Assembly: GCA_044892525.1 (NCBI GenBank)
Contig: CM097887.1
Coordinates: 80,578,397-80,642,396, forward strand
Origin: Schmidtea polychroa
Lineage: Eukaryota
Length of the DNA stretch: 64,000 nt
Reading direction: 5' to 3'
Shown piece after piece: positions 22,175 through 30,121 of the stretch (its first letter is position 1; the number at the start of each line of letters is the position of its first letter). The notes beneath the pieces are model-generated. The model worked only from the letters and a program-made list of their open reading frames with translations. It did not search any database and was not told the DNA's origin. The position numbers were made by a program, and so were the translations under genes.

Positions 22175-25162
22175 ATGCCCGGATGGGCAGAAGACAGATT
22201 AGATTTTGAGATATTGGGAGGTCTGCTAACAATGATCGAAAATTATGCAAACCGAGAAAGGACACACCCATTACTCAGGGTAGTAAAAAGTCAATGGCCT
22301 ATATTATTTACGATCACAGACCATTATGGAGATACACCGCTGCACAAACTTTTAAAGGTCGGGAATAATGAACAAATACTGGAAACGATCGAAGCATTTC
22401 GCGATTGTAACGTTTCAACAGATCAAGAAAATAACCAAGGTTACACTCCACTAATGATAGCAGCCAATCGGGATAAAGCTAAAGATATTATCATCGCATT
22501 ACTTGAAACTGGGTCAAAGATAACCACACAAGACCACAACCAGAAAAATGCACTACATCATGCAATCGAAGGGAAAAGTACGGAAGCCTTCATAATCTTA
22601 ATAGATCTATTATCATATGAGGATAATAGGGAGATAGGAAACATGTATGACGGGTTATTAACTGCAATCAAAGAGAAATTAATAACAATTACTGGAATAC
22701 TAATTGCATGGAGGAACCCGATCAAAAACGATTATATAGTAGATATAAACGAAACATTTACCAAAGGAGAAAATACCTTGATGAGGGAAGCGATGAGAGG
22801 ACATCACCTATTCGAAATTCCAAATCAACTACTACAACGTGGCATAAAATTTTCAAATCACAAAGACGAACAACTAATCGGAAAACGAATTACCAACTTC
22901 GAAAAAGCTATATCTCAATTTACCGATAAAGTACAAGTAAAATTTTGGGAAACCGTGAGTGTATTATATATGATGGAGAATATGAACAACATTCGAGAAA
23001 ACTACCTAAGTATTATTCAAGTGCTTACGGCGGAAGAACGCATTAACAGTTCAAACAAGAAAAAGATAAAAATAAAGAAAGTAAAAACAAGAGAGTCTGA
23101 GGAACAAGTCGATCAAATAATAACCGATAAAGCAACAACAAGTAAACCAAAGATAATAAACTCAGACCAGGAGATAATAATACGCAAAGCCAAAGAGGTG
23201 TTCTTTGAAGAAATGCAAGATCTATCCGATGAAGCGATACTAGCAAAAATAACAAAAACAGTACACACCTACGCAAGAGACCAGACCACAAATCTAGACA
23301 TAGAAAAAATAAAAACATTTATACCACTAGCATTCACCTTACCAACAAAAGACTCAAGAACACCATTACAACAAGCCATTTTAGCAGCAAAAGAAAACAG
23401 AGCAATAACCATCATAAGAATCCTTGGAGACTTCGGAGAAGAATCTAATGCAAAAAATGAACAAGGAGAAACAGCAATAATGTATGCAGCCATAACAAAT
23501 ATACACCCGAAAACATTACATATACTACATCGATCGGGATCAAGACTGGACGAAATATCCAACGAAGGAAATTCTACCATGGATTGGGCAACCATACAAC
23601 CAAACTTGGAAATGATTAGATTCATTTGTAAAAATGCTACAAGAACTGAGGTAGAAAATATCTGTAAAAACACGTCACAGTTCCAATGGAACACGATACG
23701 GATGAACTTAGAAGCCATGAAGTTATTGCTAACATGGAAAATACCGCAAAGCAATAAATATGCAATAAATATAAATGAGTTCTACGAAAACGGAGAAAAT
23801 GCTATGGTTAAAAATACACTAACAAAAGGAGGAACTCCGAAAATCATAATGATCGTATTGAACAGAGAAGACCTCAAATTCACGCAAAATCTAAACGAAC
23901 AAAAGCGGATTGGAAAACATCGCCGTATACAATTGAGAGAACTGGTAAAAGAATGGAATAGAAAGAGACATGTAGCAACAGGCAGAAAAGAGTTTGAATT
24001 CGAGGCAAAATTAGCAAGGAATAGAGTGTTAACGGCATATCGCAGATTATTGAACGACATAAATGTCGAGGACGACATTTCAAACGATAGCGGGGGAGAT
24101 AAAGACGATAAAGACGACGATGATAATGAACAAGGTCGAAACGGGAATGGAGAGAAAGAGAAATCAGAGGAAAATAATCAAGGGAATAACGACTCAGGTA
24201 TAAAAAAGGAGGAAAATAAACCGGGAAGCCGAACAAAGGAAGAGGAAAAGACGAATAATGGGAAACAGAGGGTATGCCCACTTTTTACCAACAAGGAAAT
24301 GGAAACAAATATGATGGTAATGATACTCATACTAACAATGATAGAAATGATAACAGCCCACGGTGGAATGAGAACGATAAAAGAAGCCAAGGAAACGGAA
24401 AACAAAGACAACAAGGAGAAGGAACTAAAGCAAGAAAAGAAGAAGCAAGTACGAGAGCAACAATGGGATTTAAAAGAAGAATGGGATCTAAAAGAAAGAT
24501 GCATACTAGGAAGATGTATGTCGAGAGCATATCGGAGACTAGTATTAATAAATGAAGATACAGAACCAATAACGGAAGTAAGAATACAAGAAGCATACCG
24601 GAATCGAGACGGGAAGAGAATAACTAAAGTCAAAGGGAAGGAGGTACACCTGAGAAAAGGAGGTGAGGTAGTGATAACGCAACTCCAGCCAAGAAAAGAA
24701 CACAAAGTCTGCATTTCAAGATTAGGACCGGGTGAAGACTGTCTACAATATGTAACACAGCAACAACCTCCAAAAGAATACACAGTATGCATCTGGAGAA
24801 ACGATACAGCGAGAGAATGTCGACGATACCCTGGGAAAAGAGGGAGGAAAAGAAAAATCAATGACGAAAAAGATGAGCAAGGGAAACGCAAGAAAACCGA
24901 TGAGAAATATCAAGACAATTATGTATCCGAGGAGGAGATGGAGAAAATACAAAGAATGGCAAAAGAAGGTATGAACGAGGAAATAGCAAGAATACGAGGA
25001 ATGATGAAAGGAAATGGCAAAGACGGTAATCTAAAAAACACAGAAGCAATATCAACAATAACGAACAAGGAAAAAGCAGAAATTATAAGCATAAAACAGA
25101 TGATGTGGATCAGCGGCATAATAATAACAGGGGCCTTTTTAATCATAACGGGGGGACAATAA
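22175..25162 (+). CDS. 995-aa ankyrin-repeat protein with a C-terminal signal-like segment, FN3-like module and TM helix
   Basis: Ankyrin motifs GDTPLHK, GYTPLMIAA, KNALHHA, RTPLQQA, GETAIMYAA, GNSTMDWA. Hydrophobic MMVMILILTMIEMITAHG. VITQLQPRKEHKVCIS resembles FN3. C-terminal MMWISGIIITGAFLIITGG. Confidence 0.8.
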   Translation: MPGWAEDRLDFEILGGLLTMIENYANRERTHPLLRVVKSQWPILFTITDHYGDTPLHKLLKVGNNEQILETIEAFRDCNVSTDQENNQGYTPLMIAANRDKAKDIIIALLETGSKITTQDHNQKNALHHAIEGKSTEAFIILIDLLSYEDNREIGNMYDGLLTAIKEKLITITGILIAWRNPIKNDYIVDINETFTKGENTLMREAMRGHHLFEIPNQLLQRGIKFSNHKDEQLIGKRITNFEKAISQFTDKVQVKFWETVSVLYMMENMNNIRENYLSIIQVLTAEERINSSNKKKIKIKKVKTRESEEQVDQIITDKATTSKPKIINSDQEIIIRKAKEVFFEEMQDLSDEAILAKITKTVHTYARDQTTNLDIEKIKTFIPLAFTLPTKDSRTPLQQAILAAKENRAITIIRILGDFGEESNAKNEQGETAIMYAAITNIHPKTLHILHRSGSRLDEISNEGNSTMDWATIQPNLEMIRFICKNATRTEVENICKNTSQFQWNTIRMNLEAMKLLLTWKIPQSNKYAININEFYENGENAMVKNTLTKGGTPKIIMIVLNREDLKFTQNLNEQKRIGKHRRIQLRELVKEWNRKRHVATGRKEFEFEAKLARNRVLTAYRRLLNDINVEDDISNDSGGDKDDKDDDDNEQGRNGNGEKEKSEENNQGNNDSGIKKEENKPGSRTKEEEKTNNGKQRVCPLFTNKEMETNMMVMILILTMIEMITAHGGMRTIKEAKETENKDNKEKELKQEKKKQVREQQWDLKEEWDLKERCILGRCMSRAYRRLVLINEDTEPITEVRIQEAYRNRDGKRITKVKGKEVHLRKGGEVVITQLQPRKEHKVCISRLGPGEDCLQYVTQQQPPKEYTVCIWRNDTARECRRYPGKRGRKRKINDEKDEQGKRKKTDEKYQDNYVSEEEMEKIQRMAKEGMNEEIARIRGMMKGNGKDGNLKNTEAISTITNKEKAEIISIKQMMWISGIIITGAFLIITGGQ

Positions 25163-25497
25163 AAATAATCAAAGATAGACGGCATCGCGGAGAACTAGAA
25201 ATGGCCAGAATAAGAAATTTTCAACATCGTGTAAGACGACCAAGTAATATCAAGCAGGAACAGTGGGTGGAGGCCTGGAATGCTCAGCGCCCTCCAAGCT
25301 CACGTATATAGAAAGGATTATGACTGTATATAGATTGTAAAAAGTAAGTAGACAATATTTATTTATATAACAGTATGAGATATTTTTATACAAGCGCGGT
25401 ATCAATAATATATAATGATGGGGATAAATAATATAAAAAAAAAAAAAAATAAAAAAATAAAATTGGATAAGGGTTGAAAAGTATATATAAATTAAGA

Positions 25498-25857
25498 ATG
25501 GAGCGAATAGGCGAGGAAGTAAATCACAGTACGACAACCGAGGAGTTGTGGAAACAACAATGTGCAATGTTAACTCAAGTGATTTCGAATTTACAGGAAC
25601 AAGGACTCGCTGTACAAAGAAGCTTAGTCGAAAGTTTAAATAAAGGCTTCAGTTATGTAAGAATAATCGAAGACCAACGAATAAAAATAGAACAAATGCA
25701 GCGAGAGATAGACCGAATATCACGATACAGCCAGGTGCAAGAAGAGGAGTTAATAAGAATCGCGGAAGAGATGGAGCGAGAGGAGATAGAAGACTGGTCA
25801 GAATGGTTAACCAGCAGGGAAGAGGGCGGACAAGAGGCCGACTCTTCCAGCCAATAA
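25498..25857 (+). CDS. Small coiled-coil/acidic accessory protein
   Basis: 120-codon ORF with heptad pattern and an acidic, Trp-containing C-terminus. Flanked by AT-rich spacers. Confidence 0.55.
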   Translation: MERIGEEVNHSTTTEELWKQQCAMLTQVISNLQEQGLAVQRSLVESLNKGFSYVRIIEDQRIKIEQMQREIDRISRYSQVQEEELIRIAEEMEREEIEDWSEWLTSREEGGQEADSSSQ

Positions 25858-25946
25858 ATATAACCTAAAATAGCAATGTAAATAACTGTAAATAAAAATA
25901 CAAAACTATACCAGTAACGAATATATGTATATATATAATTATAGAA

Positions 25947-27335
25947 ATGGATAAGCGACAACGAGAAGAATTCAAAGAAATTGTTGAACAAGTCAGAAAG
26001 TCCACCACAATTCGAATACACAACCATGTAACGTGTGGGATATGCAAGAGCTTATTAAGAGAACCTCACCAAACCAGATGTGGATGCAGAATGTGCAGAG
26101 AATGTGTAGAGGAGATAATAAAGAAGGGACCACAATGGTGCCCAGTATGCAAAGAAACAATGATAACAAGTTTGGGAGATACAAACGAAGATAAAGCAGC
26201 TGTAAAAGATATGTTGAATGCAAACTTAGGATGCAAAAACACCCCATGTAATTGGCGAGGAGTGATATGGGAAGTGAGGCAACATATGGAGCAATGTGAA
26301 TATAAAATCAGTCAATGCAAACGTTGCCAAGAAGAGATTAAAGTCAATGAAGAAGCAGAACATCAAAGTCGATGCGAAGAAAGACTGGAGAAATGTGAGT
26401 ATTGCGGAGAAACCGACACCTGGAAAAAACTAATCAGTCAACATCACAACATACAAGAGGAGAAAGTGTGCGCCGAATTCAGAGGAGAATGCCCCAACAA
26501 ATGCGATAAACCCGGAGTAATAAAACTCGCTCAACATCTGAAAGAATGTGAAAGGAAAAAGATAAGGTGTGTGTTAGGAAAATGGGGATGTCAGAAACAA
26601 TTACACCGAGGGGAATTACCCCAACATCTAGCAGAAAACGTATCAACACACGCGGAAATATGGTCAACGGTATTACAAGAAAACGAAAGGAAAACCGAAA
26701 ACTTAGAAAGAGAAATAGTCTCGCTAAAAGCGTTGGTAAAAGAACTATTGGAAGAAAAGGAAGCATTCGAAGAGGCAAGAACAAGCACAAAGATACAAAC
26801 AGATCTAGTAGAAACTAGCAACATTATGGTGAAAGAACTACATCAAAAAATAAGCGAATTAAACCTCAACGAATTAATACCAACGGCTCCATACATATGG
26901 AAGATAACGGGAGTAAAAGAGAAGATGTAGAGAGCGAGAAATGGAAAGGATACAACATTACTAAGTCCAGCATTCTACTCATGGAAAAACGGGTATAAAA
27001 TGAAAATGAAAGCATATCCCAATGGGGATGGGAGTGCATACGGAACGCATTTCTCAGTATTCTTCTTGATATGCAAAGGGCTATACGACGAGTTAATAGA
27101 ATGGCCATTCAAAGCAAAAATAGACCTCGCAATGATGAACTATCAAAGTATACATGAACAGAGTTTCCATACAGCGGGAAACCTCGTATGTTACCAAAGG
27201 CCCTTGGAAGAAGAAGGATCAGCAACCGGAGCACCGAATTTCATCCTACAGCGGAAAGTAGAAGACATGACGAGAAACGACACTATATACATAAAAATAG
27301 CGGTGAGGCGAGACGGGAAGAGTAGGACTGAGTAG
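25947..27335 (+). CDS. Intronless TRAF homologue (RING, TRAF zinc fingers, coiled coil, MATH/TRAF-C) with one in-frame TAG at 26928-26930
   Basis: RING CGIC...PHQTRCGCRMCREC...CPVC and TRAF-type zinc fingers. MATH domain PYIWKI...KM*RARNG...SPAFYSWKNGYKMKMKAYPNGDGSAYGTHFSVFF...YDELIEWPFKAKI stays in frame across the stop. Confidence 0.88.
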
Positions 27336-27552
27336 AGAGACGAATAATTTTGTATATACTAATTGTAAATATCGGCATATACACCCCGTAAAATAGTATA
27401 TAGTAGTGTAGAAAAATCCCCGAATCTAATAAAGGTAAACTTAAGCGTAAAACTCCTAAAACAACTCCTATAACGAATGGTAACAATAAATAAATAATAA
27501 AACAGATATAGACGTACAACGTTGAGTTAATAATATCATTGTTCAGATCAAG

Positions 27553-28590
27553 ATGACACAAGAAGGAACTGAAGCCCCAAACCACGAAACCAAAGTCAAT
27601 AAAATCCATAAGGGAAAATGGGTCAAAGTAATGTTACAATTGACGAACCAGACCCGCAACCACCTCGAAGAGGCCAGGGAATACGAAAATAACAAATATC
27701 AGTGGTTAGTAAACAATTTAAGAGCCGAAGCAGAAGCATGCAAAAGAGCCTCTAAGTGGGCATCATTGGAAAACACTCGCCAAGAAGCGCACAGCCACTA
27801 TTTAAAACAGTTAGTGCAGGAAGCACGGAAACGATTGACGGACGAAAACACAAAACGAGAAGCAGAAAAACAAAAGGAAGGAAGGAAAATGAATCACCTA
27901 TTGGCAGAAGCCCGAAACTGGAAGCGACAGAACAAAGAGATGAAAAAAGAAATGAAAGAATTGCCTATGAGATTAGAATACGAAAGCGAACAAGGCAAAT
28001 GGGAGGAAAATCTGGTCATAAGAGAAGAACTGAAACGGCTCAGAAAGATTGCGGCCCGAAGCCAAACATGGCAGACCAAAGCCATGGAATTTGAAAGACA
28101 TCTAGCCATGAAAATCTCCATAAGGGAGCACGAGAATGCCGCAATGGAAGAACTGATACTTCAACAGTCAGGACGACTCGTGGAACTGGTAAATAAGGTC
28201 GCAGAACTAGAACGAGATGTCAACGGATACCAAGGAGCTCTGGAGCAGAGAAATATGGTACTGGCGGGGAAAAACAAAAAGTTAGAAAACGAAAGGAAAA
28301 TGTATAACGAAAATCTCAAAAATCTGGAGATAGAAATCAAGAAATGGGAAAACGGCGAAAAAGCGGAAGAGCTAGAAAAACAGATAGAAGTACGGGATGA
28401 CGAAACTAGGTATTTAACCTACCTATTGGACGAGGAACTCAATGTGTCAAGAGCGCTAAGAGACGAAGTCCAAGAACTTAGAGCGCAGATTCCCCGGTAC
28501 TACATCCCATTTGATCCCATCGCACTCCAATTACAAACGTCAGTAGAAAGCGATGAGGGATATGTAGGCCAGGAAGAGACCTTTGTATAA
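27553..28590 (+). CDS. 345-aa long coiled-coil accessory protein
   Basis: Extended E/K/R/L heptads, no catalytic motif. Acceptor TTGTTCAG just upstream. Confidence 0.65.
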   Translation: MTQEGTEAPNHETKVNKIHKGKWVKVMLQLTNQTRNHLEEAREYENNKYQWLVNNLRAEAEACKRASKWASLENTRQEAHSHYLKQLVQEARKRLTDENTKREAEKQKEGRKMNHLLAEARNWKRQNKEMKKEMKELPMRLEYESEQGKWEENLVIREELKRLRKIAARSQTWQTKAMEFERHLAMKISIREHENAAMEELILQQSGRLVELVNKVAELERDVNGYQGALEQRNMVLAGKNKKLENERKMYNENLKNLEIEIKKWENGEKAEELEKQIEVRDDETRYLTYLLDEELNVSRALRDEVQELRAQIPRYYIPFDPIALQLQTSVESDEGYVGQEETFV

Positions 28591-28758
28591 AGATAAAGGG
28601 AAAGATAAAAAATACAAAATCGGGACCTGTATCCCAACCAAAAAATTAATGGTACAGTAAAAGTATGAAAGGGACTGTAACCCTGATTATAAAATTACCT
28701 ATAAATGTATAAGTATAAGCCGCACTGTAGCGCACTATTAATTGTAAATATTGTAGAA

Positions 28759-29448
28759 ATGAAAATAGAAGAAATATCCACCATGACCGAGCTAGAGGAG
28801 GGAGAAATTGAAGTTGATGAAGTGGAGAGGAAGAAAACTATCAAAGAAGAATTACAAGAAGAGAAACAGGAAAACGAAAGATTAGTAGAAAGGTGGAGAG
28901 ATAATCGAAAAATGATTAAAGTATTGAAAAGAGAATACACCTTGCTAGAAGAAGTAAAGAAAGAAGTAGAGGAAGAAAACGAATGGCTTCACGATCAAAG
29001 AAAGCGAGGGAGAAATTGGGAAAAGATCGCGGAAGAATTATGGCAGGAGAGGGCCAGTCGAAAGGCCGACGAAGTGATTAGTGACTATTGGAAAACCGAG
29101 GCACGGAAACACCGAGAAAGCCTGAAAGAGTTACAACTCCAACTACACCAAAAACAGAAAGAATGTGAAATAATGAGACGAATGAACAACAAATACCAGG
29201 AAATAGACAACGAAGAAGACGGGGAAAGGGAAAATGATTTTCTACAGATAATAAACCATAAAAACCTCGAAAGAGCAACACAAGAAATAAAAGCACTAAA
29301 AGAAAAAATAATAACCCTAGAACAACAGTTAGACGAAAGAGACAAACAATTAAAAGTACTACCCGAATTGAGAAAACGAGTAATAAAAGCAGAAACGAGA
29401 GTGATGAGAACATCCAAGAAAACCCGTAAAAAGAAAACCCGGCAATAA
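28759..29448 (+). CDS. Coiled-coil accessory protein with basic C-terminal tail (putative NLS)
   Basis: Heptad-rich, ends RTSKKTRKKKTRQ. TTGTAG acceptor 2 nt before the ATG. Confidence 0.6.
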   Translation: MKIEEISTMTELEEGEIEVDEVERKKTIKEELQEEKQENERLVERWRDNRKMIKVLKREYTLLEEVKKEVEEENEWLHDQRKRGRNWEKIAEELWQERASRKADEVISDYWKTEARKHRESLKELQLQLHQKQKECEIMRRMNNKYQEIDNEEDGERENDFLQIINHKNLERATQEIKALKEKIITLEQQLDERDKQLKVLPELRKRVIKAETRVMRTSKKTRKKKTRQ

Positions 29449-29503
29449 TTAAAGATGAATGATCAATGTAAATAATTCTAAATAAAAATTTTCGTATAGT
29501 AGT

Positions 29504-30121
29504 ATGTGGTTCGGAGCAGCCCTGGTGACAATAATGATGATAGCGATAAACGGAGTACCCATATGGCAGCCAATCCCAACACTCTGGGAGAATCCCGAGA
29601 AACAGCAAAACCCGTTAACCAAACTGAAAAGCGAAAGAAAGCTCTCCAACAACATCCCGAAACAATGCTGGAACAAAGCCGTCTGGCAAAAACTTCAAAT
29701 GCAACTCCGCCTACAAACCCAAAAAATCGAACAGCTCGAAATTCTCTTACAAGAACAAACCACCCAACAATCCTTGAAGGAAATCATCGTGAAGAAGGAA
29801 GTAAAAGAAAGTCAAGTCCTACTCTATGCTACCATCAGTGAAACCCTTATCATCTGCGCACTAGTCATCTGGAAAGCGTATGATATTCATCGAACATGGA
29901 GAAGAAACCAGTCACTATCCGAGAAACACGAAAGAAAGAACCCACGACCGAAAAATAAACATAAACGAGCAGTACATTTTCAACAACCAAGCCCACCCGA
30001 CCAAATGCAACAAAATCTATCCCCTGACCAAATGCCTGTTACAATCCAGCCCCACATTCAAAAACTTATTACCCGCCGTTACCCAGTGCTTAGCAGAACT
30101 ACTGCTATATATCATTCATAG
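29504..30121 (+). CDS. Small type-I membrane protein: signal peptide, coiled-coil ectodomain, TM helix, basic/Pro-Gln tail
   Basis: MWFGAALVTIMMIAING (signal), LQMQLRLQTQKIEQLEILLQEQ (coiled coil), VLLYATISETLIICALVIW (TM). Confidence 0.6.
   Translation: MWFGAALVTIMMIAINGVPIWQPIPTLWENPEKQQNPLTKLKSERKLSNNIPKQCWNKAVWQKLQMQLRLQTQKIEQLEILLQEQTTQQSLKEIIVKKEVKESQVLLYATISETLIICALVIWKAYDIHRTWRRNQSLSEKHERKNPRPKNKHKRAVHFQQPSPPDQMQQNLSPDQMPVTIQPHIQKLITRRYPVLSRTTAIYHS

Noticed and set aside
12107-29676. Numerous minus-strand and alternate-frame ORFs over gag, pol and the accessory genes
   Set aside because: Shadow ORFs of A-rich coding sequence with no domains.
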